In this document: positions 50,401 to 61,916 of the stretch, piece by piece | Layout of the letters: each line of letters begins with the position of its first letter | Numbering within the stretch: the stretch's first letter is position 1 | Assembly: GCA_040954595.2 (NCBI GenBank) | Contig: CM082579.2 | Span: 1,563,908 to 1,627,907, forward strand | Direction: 5' to 3' | From: Balanoglossus misakiensis | Lineage: Eukaryota > Animalia > Hemichordata | Length of the DNA: 64,000 nt | Position numbers and translations under genes: made by a program | Notes under the pieces: model-generated | The model's input: the letters and a program-made list of their open reading frames with translations, nothing else | Database searches by the model: none | What the model was told of the DNA's origin: nothing

Positions 50401-53400
50401 CGGTGGCATGTACTTGCTGTTTTACCTCAAGATCTCTGAGATGATTCCTTGTAAGATCAATCTTAAAACCTTTTAGGTCATCCCCTTACATTTCAACCTT
50501 ACTCCCACACTCAGGGTCCAACTCCTTTTCATCTGCTCACTCGCCGCTTCACTCGCCCAAGTTGACGCCGACAGGGTCACCCACACTCAGACACAGGTCA
50601 AGGTCACCACTGCCGGCACCCTTGGACTTGAACCAGGTGAATGCTGCAACGCAGGGCAAATCAGACACTGCCGCCGCTGCAGCCGCTGCTGCAGCCATGG
50701 GCCAACAGATGCCCGGTCACCACATCCAGGAAAATATCGGTGGCACCACTTATTTCTACACACAAGAACAAATGCAAGCTGCCAGACCAATCGGTGTAAG
50801 TAGCTCTCTCATGTTGAAAAGGTCATTAGACAGTTCAATTGTCCTTTTCAATTTTCTGTTAGGTAATTTAGACTTGAATGTCTCTGTACCAAGCGAAGAC
50901 TGGAAGACAATGATTGATACACTGGTGATAATAATTAATCCCCTTGGAACCTGTTGCTGGGGAGCTGGTCATTTCATTCATTGACTTTGATATCTTCTTC
51001 TCGTCTGATTGTTTGTTGCAGGTGTACCCAAATTTCCATGTGTACCCCTCAGAACCGCCGAACATCAGCTACAGGGTCCCCAAGCCCAATGCACCAACTT
51101 TCTTTTCCAGTGAAGAGTTAAGGGTTGATATTATTAACCGACATTTACAGACCATGGCTGTGGTGGATCCAGCCCAATTCCCAGGTAGGTGAACTTTAGT
51201 AATGGACAGAGTTGTCAAAGAGGCATTGGTTGAAAACAGATATTTGGCAAAAATAACAACTGGCTGTTTCTGTCACAAGTGAAGTGGCAGTGGTAAAAAT
51301 GTGTACAATCTTGGACAATACCAGTGGGAAGTGTCTGTTGAAGCATCTCATTGACCTTTTCCCTTGTTCCCTTGGTGATCAATTAGCATGTGTGTCCTGC
51401 AGTCATTAGCAGAGATATTTCCACCTTTGCAGATTTGCCAAGTGAAGTTGATAATTATCACAGCCTGTGCCCGTTGGAACTCATCCCTACTACCCCGTTA
51501 GAAAAATCCAGTACCTTTGGCTATGTGACATCCTGTTATAAAGCTATCAACAGTAAAGATTCCAAGGTGTATTGCTTGAGAAGAATACATGGTGAGTTAC
51601 TTATGTTTGTGGTTTCAGTAGTGGACGCTGAATAGTGAAAATCAATTGTTTGACATATCAATAAAGATTGACAGAGTTGATGTTGGTTATTACACTCCAA
51701 AAATATTAATTTTGATTGGTACTCCCACTAACCCTTACATGTATGTTTATCTTACAGGTTTTCGCTTAGTCAATACAAATTGCATGACATTAGTTGACAT
51801 GTGGAAGAAAATTCAACATTCCAACATTGTATCTTTACGGGAAGTGTTCACAACCAAAGCCTTCGGTGATCTTTGTGAGTAATTATTTATATGTAGTCTC
51901 TTTTACGCATACACATATAGGTACAGACATGCATTTTTGGAACAATTTTGGCGTAAATGATTGAATTTTACACAGGTACAGTGATGTGCTCTTTTTGCTT
52001 CCTTCTAGCTCTGGTGTTTGCACATGATTTCCATGCAGGATCAGAGACACTGATGGGTAAACATTTCAGTAACAGCAAAGAGCACCACATGAAAGGGAAA
52101 TATAACAAAGGTATGTTATTCGGGTTTGTAAATTCACTTTGATACCTTTCCCTAAGAAAGCCTAGCAATGAAGCAAAATCCTGTAGAAACCTGTTTCCTT
52201 TATTATTCTTGCTGAAGATCTTTTTTTCCATATTATATGCAACACATAAACGTTTATAAACCTCTTTTTCCAGGGATGAAGAGTCTGCGACAGCACAATG
52301 GCTTACTGCCTGAGAGTGTGATATGGACATACATCATTCAGCTCAGCTCAGCATTGAGGGCCATCCATGCTGCAGGGCTTGCGTGTCGTGTCATGGACCC
52401 GACCAAAATTCTCCTCAGTGGTAAAACCCGTCTCCGTGTGAATTGTGTCGGTATATTCGACGTTTTAACTTTTGATAATCAACAATCCAATCCATTGGCT
52501 ATGATGCCACACTATCAGGTGAGACTTTAATTTCACTGTCGGAAGCTACACTTTGGAAAGGCAACTATATGTTGTGAAATATCTGAGAAAAACATCACAA
52601 TGAAGGAAAACATTTTTGAATAATAGACCTTTGTAAACAAAACATTGATGTGAAGAATATGTGTAGACAGCAATTACTTGTTTCACTAGTTTTGACTTTT
52701 TTGACTTGACAGCAAGAAGACTTGGTTTCACTGGGTAAAGTTGTGCTGGCATTGGCGTGTCACTCTGTGCTGGGAATCCAGAGAGAAAACATCCAATCAT
52801 CCATGGAGTTAGTGGCCATCAATTATTCGGAAGATTTGAAGAATCTTATACTGTGAGTGGCTGCTATTTGATTCATGACACTGTGTAGAATTTTTTTTAG
52901 TCTTCTCCAATATTGAACATGATCCGAAGACCGATAAAGGTCTTCTGAATAGACAAACCCATTATATGACAGTATGTAGCAGACATGTAACATGACCAGA
53001 CAGAGATTTCCCTCCATTAGCCCATTGTTCAATTGTGGATTCATTTAAAGTGTAGAATTTCATTCTGAGTGCATCAGAACAGAGAAGCCATTATGAATTG
53101 GCCACAGATCAGTGGCTTTGATATTTTATGTAATATGATCTACAGAGAGGTATTGGCAACTGGATCAGATCCATTCTATGCAAAGAGATCATTTTGAGTG
53201 CCTTACTTCTTCACAAAAAATTCTAGCCACCTTCGTACAACTTGACTGTTTTTTTCTACTATTTCAGGTATTTGCTGACCAATCAGAACCGCTTGCGGAG
53301 TGTTAATGATGTGATGCCTATGATTGGGGCTCGATTTTACACACAGCTGGAAGCTGCCCAAGCGAGAAGTGATTTCATTGAGGAAGATCTTGCCAAGGAG

Positions 53401-54165
53401 GTGCAAAATGGTCGACTGTTCCGACTGCTAGCCAAGTTGAATACAATATGCGAGCGGCCAGAGTAAGTTTGAATTTTTTGTGATATTTGATTTTGTGATT
53501 TTTGGATCAGTCTACTGTCCGAGATAACTCCTGAAGCTTTCAATTTTGCATTAGAAAGATCAGCTTCAAGCAGTTGAAACATTTGAGAAGAAGCTGTTCT
53601 CAACATAAATTTTTAGAGTGTGTACATAGTGTGCCATGATTGCTTATGTTGTATCACTGTGCAGGTTTCAGATGGATCCGGCATGGTCTGAGACAGGTGA
53701 TCGTTATTTACTGAAATTATTCCGAGACTTTGTCTTCCATCAAGTGACAGAAGCAGGAACTGCATGGGTTGATATTGCACATATCAACCAGTGCCTTAAT
53801 AAGGTCAGTAGCTACTGCTTTTTAACTTCTGCTTTGCACACACCCCATGTCACAGCTCTCATTCACTCTGGAGGAAGTTTGTGTAAAATAGTTTGAAGTA
53901 ACTTTGCTGTCAGTCTGTAATCACACCACCTGTCTATTCCTATGATAACTGTGAAATATCCCGGAATTCATCATATTTTGCTCTATTTGCACAGCTGGAT
54001 GCCGGAGTACCGGAGAAAGTGAGCCTGATGTCGAGAGATGAACAGAACGTCCTTGTGGTTTCGTACGCTGACCTCAAGATGTGCTTTGATGCCACTTACG
54101 CTGAAATCATGCAGTCTGGTGAGACTGCTGCCTCACACCAGGCCCCGCCCCCGCCGCCAACGTAA
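47428..54165 (+). CDS. PAN3: PAN2-PAN3 deadenylase complex subunit PAN3, 15 coding exons
   Basis: CCCH finger CRYWANNRTCFYGDECQFLH; PAM2-like EFxP motifs (50179-50265); SPLHSPKLTP, ENIGGTTYFY, LPSEVDNYHSLCPLE, pseudokinase segments YCLRRIHGFRL, HSNIVSLREVFTTKAFGD, IHAAGLACRVMDPTKI; KEVQNGRLFRLLAKL, WSETGDRYLLKLFRD, CLNKLDAG..SRDEQNVLVVSY; stop TAA 54163-54165. Confidence 0.97.
48529..48841. mobile_element. Non-autonomous palindromic DNA element with two inverted-repeat pairs, in PAN3 intron 2
   Basis: IR pair 1: about 70-bp arms, agcaataaaacacccccagccatggtata... / ...tataccatggctgggggtgttttattgct (48529-48671). IR pair 2: tattatattatgccagtatattga (48671-48694) / tcaatatactggtataatataata (48818-48841), one mismatch. 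Confidence 0.8.
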
Positions 54166-54618
54166 CAGGATGCTTCCACAAAAGGTCTAGTCTAATATCA
54201 GTGATTTACAGTGAAACATATTGTCATATTTTTACTCACTCCAATTTTTTCAGAAGACATTTGTTATTGTAACTGTTATAAATTTTATTCTCCACTTAAG
54301 AGAGAAAAGATTTTGAGATTCCCAGTTCTATAAGATATTCAATTTAAATCATACTATTTTTGGACCTTTCGTTTCATTTTGTTGTTTTGCTCAGAACATT
54401 TTAAAGTTGTCTATCGTGTAACTAAGTAATCCAAGCATGAAACTGCCACCTTCCTGAAACATGGCAGAAAGTTTTCAATTTCATGTCAGCATTTATTTTC
54501 AGACTTATGCTTGCAGGAGCTAAGGGGGTTCTTTTGTCTGTATGTCTGCCTGTATGTTCTGTCTGCTTTTAAGCTTGCAAAAGCAAACTAACCATCAACC
54601 CTGCTTGCGTTGCTTTAA

Positions 54619-54636
54619 AGGGGGGGGGGGGGGGGG
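54619..54636. repeat. Poly-G tract downstream of the PAN3 stop (probable 3' UTR)
   Basis: Homopolymer run seen directly; similar runs at about 48288-48302 (G), 29589-29602 (C) and 31460-31472 (C). Confidence 0.85.
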
Positions 54637-57600
54637 ATATGATGCACAGCTGACTTTTAGTTTCCCAATAAACAGTTCTGTGTACAGACAAAAAGTCAAA
54701 TTTGTATAAAATGTCCATATCAACAAATATGGGCCTTTAAGCTAAGGAGAGTTTGAAAAAAAGAGCAAGTTTGTTTTGAATCCTATGACTCCTTTTCAGT
54801 CGGAGTTATGGGGCGTAAAATGACTGCTCTTGGTATAAAGAGTCAATCAGTACATTGTACATGTATTTCATCATATTCTATCAGCTGTGATCATATTGCA
54901 AAATTCTGAAAGATTAACTGTGATGTTAAACATGGATGTATATTAACTTTCATCTGACTACAAGTCTAATTTAATATTAAATTATGGTAATCTAACGATT
55001 GTACCTTTAGGTATCTCATATCATAATGTTAAGAAATATTAAATCAGAAAAACACTATTTTGAAATGGAGCAGAATGACTTTTGTTACATGAATGTTAAC
55101 ATAAGGCATCATTCTGGATTTTATAAATTACAACATCGAAATTTATCATCCATATTTTATCAAATAGTTTTATACATATTTCCCTGGTTTCTTAAAGAAC
55201 ATTTTGTATGTTGCTTTTACAGATAGTGGTGTAATGTCTAACTCAGAATGTACTCTGTATAAAAATTCACAGAAACATTGGAATAATGTCATCAGCATGC
55301 TTTGTGTTTTGCAAAACTTTCAGGGTTATCGTTGTATGTGTGTGGTACATTTAGTCACGCCAAGCAAAGCTGAGGATAAATCTCACATGCCTTTTTGTTC
55401 ACCTTTCCTACTGTGTCAAAGGTCATTGTCAAGGAGATGACCTGTTCATGACATTGCCATGCTCAATCTGATTCTGCTGAATGAAAATCTCATGCTCTTA
55501 TGTGGGAAATCTCAAAGTGGGTTGCAGTTTCAAAGCTGATGGTCACTTTAATGGGACATGGTGTAAAACATTTGAATCTGTCCAATAAGTATTTTATTCA
55601 GTCTTTTGATTAACTTTTAGAGATTGAAACAGGTTTATGCATTTGTAAAATAAAATTGTGAGAGAAAATACAGTAGAATATTTATTAAATTGATTGGGAG
55701 TTTTCTCAGAGAGAAAGGCAAAGATTTTATCCTGTGGATGAGACAAGAACAACGAATCATGCATGTGTTTTAAAGTTACATTTTTGACACAGTAGGGTAA
55801 CGTTTGTACACAAATGGATGAGATTTTAGAGTCTGGACTGCAGTGAATTTTTTTTTCAAGTTTTACTGCAGCTGATGTTGTGCACAACTTCATTCAAAAG
55901 AGCAGCTGTCTTGCACAAGGTTGAAAACAAAAGTGTGTCAAACACCAAACACTAGAGGGTGTTCTAAATGAAAGCTTGTTTGCATGAGGCATGGCCCTTT
56001 TTGGTCAATGCTGAACCTATTTTCTAGTCAGATCCTGGGTTTTCCAGATTTTCAAACATCACTGTAAATGCCTTACATTCCTATTATATTATTACCATTT
56101 GGAAACTTTATTTTGTAAAGAAACCAAAGTTCAGGCAGGATATCATAAATTGGTGTGGTAGGTGTTTGACCCTATCTCATTTGCTTTTTTTGTTCCTTAC
56201 AGATTTAAGGCAATACCGAAGGATTAAGATCAAAATGAAAAAAATTGTTGACTTCATTGGGAACTTAAAATCAGAAGATTCAAAGCAAACAAATAATTTT
56301 TAGTGTCAATGGCCAGTGACTTCACAGCTGGGGTTTCAAACATGTTCGTTGAATCGACCAAATGTATGCTGTCTGCCCTAAAATTTCAGGATGAAATACA
56401 TAAGATGTCTGTTTATAGTCTCCAGCATGGATTATTCAAAAGATCAGAAGCCAAAAAAATCAATGCATTTGAAACCTTGCCAGTGTAACAACCAACATAT
56501 CCTTCAGTATTGTGTTAAGTGTCTAAATGACATTCCACCATTGAATATAAATGCTGGTGTATTATATCTCTCTATATATATTTGTCAATTCAAAGATGTA
56601 AACTTTGTTGGAAAGTGTGATATAGTATGAAGTATAGCCAGATTATTTTAGGGCGATTGGACAGAAAGTGTGAGCTTTCAAATGAAGATTTGCCATTCAG
56701 ATTGGGCCAGTGCATGTGCAGTGCCTCAGAAAGCTTGTCCTCATAGGTTACAGCATTTGTGCACCTGGTTGTACACCTGGTTTGAATAATCAACTGACCA
56801 AGTAACCGACAAAACAACCTTAGGAGACTGCTGCACACGGCCCGTTCAGGCAGTTGGAGTTCTTTTCTGATCTGCCAGATTCATGCAGTTTGGATCACTG
56901 TTTGTGTCGACATCATTCAGCAAATCTGACAGTATAAATGGTACCAAGGGAATCAGGGTTTGAAAAAATTAACATTCTGATAATGCATTGCAGTTTACAT
57001 TTATGTTACACTTCAGCACAAAGATGCTCCAGACTTCACCCAGCTATCTTGCTATACCATGTTTCTCTCATTTTTCTGTAACTTTCAGGAGAGATGAGTT
57101 CAGACATCGGAGTTGACTTCATTTATCAGAGAATGACCTTTTACCAAAAAACTAAAGAGTACAGTTGGCCTCCATGCCAACATACAAAAATGTTGATTTT
57201 GTTGTACCTTTTTTGAAAATTCAGTCTATTAGTTTCACCATATATAGTTCATCAATTTTAAGTCTTTTAAATTAAAGTATAGATCTCTTCCTCTTGTAAC
57301 TTCTATAATTTTTACAAGACATCCCAGAAACATTTTATAGCATTGTTTTTTTTCTCTGTGAGTAATATTAGTTTTTACTGGTCCACCAGAATTTATGTAT
57401 CGTGCTAGCTTGAAATTGCGTATACTTGTGTATGGCAATCCTCTACACATTTGCTCTCAGAACTACAGATTTCTTTAGTTGTTCACAAAGTTCATACATT
57501 CTTGAAAACAGACCTTTTAGAAGAGGAATATTTGGTCTGTATTTAAATAGCACATTTATCCAGGTTATTTTGTGGTTTATGCATACTTCTATTTTCATTG

Positions 57601-58717
57601 CTCAATATAAAATTTTAAAAGGAAACAAACACTGCCAGATTCATAAAATGACCAGGAACCTGTTTTAATTTTTGGTAAATCAAAGACAAGCGTCATTTAG
57701 AAGCATCCTTGTGAGATTGCTCTACATCAGCTGGGATCAATAATGTTTTTTTAGTGTGTTTACATTTAAAGTAATGCTTAACATGTGATTTCAAAAATAG
57801 AAGTACAGATGATTACTTGCAATATGCAAATACTGTGAGTTGGGATTCTGATTGGGTCAGTTGATGAATGAATAACCAATCAGACCTCTTGCATCAAAAT
57901 CTTCGCGGACAAGCCCCGGTATTTGTAAGCAGAGCTACTTTTTGTGATCAGCCTTGTAATCCAAAATTTCTCCTCCCTGATCGTCTACTTATTAACTTTG
58001 ATTTCTCCGTCTGTAAAATTGCCACTGCTTGATGAAAAAAAATGTGCTTGAGTTTAATGAATAAGATCGACTGATTCATCAGATTTTGTTTCAAGATGTT
58101 TAGTGTACACAAACATGATATCTGAATAATCTCTCAGTACTCTTTAAAATGCTTGTCACTCTGTCCCAGTATTGTATTTATATGTACTCTTCAATTCGAG
58201 AACTCTCATGACTTGGCCATTGTCAGTAGAAAACAATTACCTTCAAGGGAAAATGATGAAGTATACGAAAAGAGGCTTTATGGACAAAAGACAGCTTTGT
58301 GTATAGTTAAGATTTATTGCATTATTTTCATATTATTTTAATCAGCATCAACTGTGGAAAAAGATACATTGTTACAATATGAAATATTGTGAAATTGATC
58401 TCATCAACTTCAGTTTTCATGTAAATTAATAGTTTCAAGCAGCTAAGATTTCATCAAGTTAATCAAAAGACAATGAAATGTAAACTTGCGAGACTAGACT
58501 AGGGCTCTGTACGAGATATTGGCAGTTCTTTCGAGGTGTTACGAACAGGATGGAACTTTCATATTCCCAACATTCAGATTTAGAAGTTTTGACATTATAT
58601 GACTGTACTGTGAATTTTTATTCACCCAAGCTTTACCCTGAAGTGATGATGTTCAGCAAAATATGTCATTCAGTTTTGATGTATGTATTGGTTCATGAAT
58701 GTACTGTCAAATAGCAT

Positions 58718-58767
58718 TTAACCCTTTCACCACCATGGTTTGGTCCAAATGAGAGTGAATGGGTTAA
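58718..58767. mobile_element. Miniature piggyBac-like MITE (42 bp between TTAA sites)
   Basis: TTAA-CCCTTTCAC...GTGAATGGG-TTAA: TTAA flanks, CCC/GGG termini and a 9-bp TIR with one mismatch. Confidence 0.6.
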
Positions 58768-59277
58768 ACATGGAAGAGCCTATGAAAAGTTTTTTTTTTA
58801 TTTGTTCATTATCAGATTATCAGAATTTTAATAGGTCCTGTAAAACATTTCCCTTTTTGCAGTATTTACACATGTAATCAATCGAAAAGTGGGACATATA
58901 CTGAGAATGTTGAAAATAGAAATTGGAAAAGATGAGCATGAACAGTTACTGTAACCTGTAAATCAAGATATTTTGTACAGAATTCAACTTTTTTTCTGTA
59001 AACATTGTACTTTGCAATATTTTAATAAAATATGTGTGTAAAATAAAGTGTGGCTGTGTTGTACATGTATTCTGTTCAGGGCCCCCTCCAATGAAATTGC
59101 AAGTGTATGTACAGTATTGTTTCTTGGATGTAGTCCTAGTCTAGTATCTAGCTGTATTTTGCCCACTTTGCTTCCAAAACTAATGAGTTGATTAGTTTTG
59201 CAAGCAAAGCGGGCAAAACACGGCCAGATACCAGACTAGCACAGTCCATACACACATAAGTGTGTTTTTATGCTTCG

Positions 59278-59327
59278 AAAATGGCGTCATGATGCAGGGT
59301 ACATGGTAGAGCGCCCTCTAACGGTGA
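59278..59327. promoter_or_regulatory. Promoter of the zinc-finger gene: YY1-like AAAATGGCG and CTCF-like TCACCGTTAGAGGGCGC (- strand)
   Basis: Motifs at about 59278-59286 and 59311-59327, 190-240 bp upstream of the ATG. Confidence 0.5.
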
Positions 59328-59519
59328 CCCACCTTGGCAAGGTCATTGCGTAAGGCTAAGGGGAGCGTCTTTTGCGTTGTGTGGCGTGCAGTTGTTGCAA
59401 CTTCTGTGTCCATTTCATCGATTATATCATATACATGTACTTCTAAACAAGCTCGATTTCACTTTGGTTAATATTTGCACCCGATCAGATATCAAAAGAC
59501 AACGAGGCGTATCCAGAAC

Positions 59520-61916
59520 ATGGCGAGTTCAACTTCGGACTGGGTTAAAGTTATTCTTGGCGATACAGCTGCGATTTCAACGGCCGAATTGTCTGTTGAT
59601 CCCCGTGATCAAAAATGTGACCCCTTCTTCAATGAAGGCTTCAAATGCGAAGGTAAGTTTAAGCACGAAGCTCCGTGATCGAAGCATTGATTTACACCCC
59701 TTGGTTGCACACCTTAAACAAAGTAGTGTTACCGTGGTTACACACACACTCAAGCAAAAAGATCACATTTTTTTCCAGACACAGGCGTGGGAATCACACA
59801 CTGCTGTAATTCAAATGAAATCCGATTCCACGGATGATGTAACGTACTGCGCATGCATCACCGGTCGAGATCTCCACCGACCCTACCAAAAACATTGGGG
59901 GGGGGGGGGTGTTGATTACCCCCCCCCCCCCCAATGGTACAGCTGTGTTGCCACAGCAAGGGTTATATGTACATATCAACTCCTTTCAGAGAAACAAGAA
60001 ATTAGTGAGGAAGCAAGAACGACTGGCAGATTCCAAGAACTTGACAAGTTATTTGAAAAAGCATGTGAAACACTGAGTCAAAAATTTCAAGGTCACTCTC
60101 TCAGTTCAGATGGTGAGTATGGTATTGGGCATTAAACAATTACAAGTTGTCATTCAACCAGTTTTTTTCTGTAATCTTGGACACAGAAGTCCAATTTATT
60201 ACAGTTGTAAAACACATGTACTGGTAGATTAACCTAAGTGTTGCTAATCAAGACAATTTTGTTTGTTTAATAGATATAGCATTAATTATTCACGGACTAG
60301 AAGCAACTGGCCATATTTCAAAGGAACCAATTTCATTGGAGAGAGAAGATAGTTGGCAAGAGATCAAGGAGGAATTGGATTCCCAAGACATGTTCATACA
60401 ACAAATATTAGCTTGTAGTACACATATTGCAAAAGAGTTCACTGGTATTAACAAATCAAAAGTTATTTCTGGAGGTGAAAGCAATACTAACACGGAAGGC
60501 AGTGAAACCGATACAAGCAGTGGTGGACTCAATCTACACCTGCGAATCCACAGTCACGAGAATCACTCTGGATGTGACGAATGTGTAGAAGCCTTCTCAG
60601 AGAGCGACACACCGAATAATCATCAGAAAGTCCGCTCAAAGCAGAGTCCAATTCGCAGCAAAAAATGTGTGGAGTGCGACGACTGTGGGAGAACATTTTC
60701 CGCCAAGAGCAGGCTTTTGGAACACAAGAGGACGCATTCAAATGAGAGACCCTTTGCGTGTAAGGAGTGTGGGAAGAAGTTTAAGCAAAAGGGGAATCTA
60801 AAACAGCATCTGAGAACCCACTCTAATGATAAACCTTATGTGTGCAAAGTGTGTGGAAAGACGTTCATCAGAAGAACTGAACTTTTTGTACATAAGAGGA
60901 TTCACACTGATGAAAGGCCTTATGAGTGCAAAGATTGTGGGAAAAGATTTGTGAGGCTGGGAAATCTGAATCAGCACCAGATCATCCATCATTCAACTGA
61001 AAAACCATTTTCATGTGAGGAGTGTGGTAAAGGCTGTGTAAACCTCAGCCAACTGGAGATTCACATGAGGATTCACACCAATAAAAGACCACATGAATGC
61101 AAAGAATGCGGCAAGGCATTCGCTCAGAGTGGCAGTCTGAAAGCACACCTCCAAACCCACACAAATGAACGATCATTTTTGTGTGAGGAGTGTGGCAAAA
61201 CCTACACATCCAAAAAAGTCCTCAAAACTCACATGAAAATTCATAGTGATGATAAGCCTTTTAAATGCAGTTACTGTGAAAAAACATTTTCACAGAAAGG
61301 AAACCTCACACATCATGAGAGAGTCCACTCAAACGAGAGACCCTTTCTTTGCAAAGAATGTGGCAGAGCATTCAAAACAAGTTCTCATCTTCAGGTACAC
61401 ATGCGAATTCACAACAATGAAAAACCTTTTAAGTGCCCCAATTGTGACAAAGCATTTAGAAGCGGTGGTTGTCTAAGCACGCATTTGAAGGTTCATACAA
61501 ATGAAAAACCATTTGTATGCAATGAGTGTGGTGCCTCGTTTATATGCCGTGGCAACCTAAACCAGCACATGCGAGTCCACGCCATTAACAGGACATTTGC
61601 ATTTCAATGCAAAGAATGTGGAAGAAAATGCGACACCAAGAGCCAACTGAAATTTCACATGGCTATCCATTCTGACGAACGACCATTCGAATGCCAACAG
61701 TGCGGCAAAACCTTTACGAGGAATGCACATCTGAAACAACACCTGATCACCCACACAACAGCAAAACCACATAAATGTAAGCATTGTGGTAATGCTTACA
61801 AACGAAAGGAGCTTCTGAAGATACACCTGAAAAAACACTCGGGTGAAGAAGTATTGGAATCTCCACGAACGCATCTGATACCTACCAGCATTACTGAAAG
61901 TGACTTACTGCAATAA
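59520..61916 (+). CDS. C2H2 poly-zinc-finger protein (14 intact fingers), 3 coding exons
   Basis: Exons 59520-59652 (MASSTSDWVK...), 59990-60112 and 60274-61916 join in phase 1-1 with canonical splice sites. The last exon has 14 Cx2Cx12Hx3-4H fingers plus one degenerate upstream finger. Confidence 0.9.

Noticed and set aside
59377-60135. 252-aa ORF as a separate gene
   Set aside because: Starts at a non-ATG codon and reads through ZNF exon 1 out of frame and intron 1; only its end matches the real exon 2 frame.
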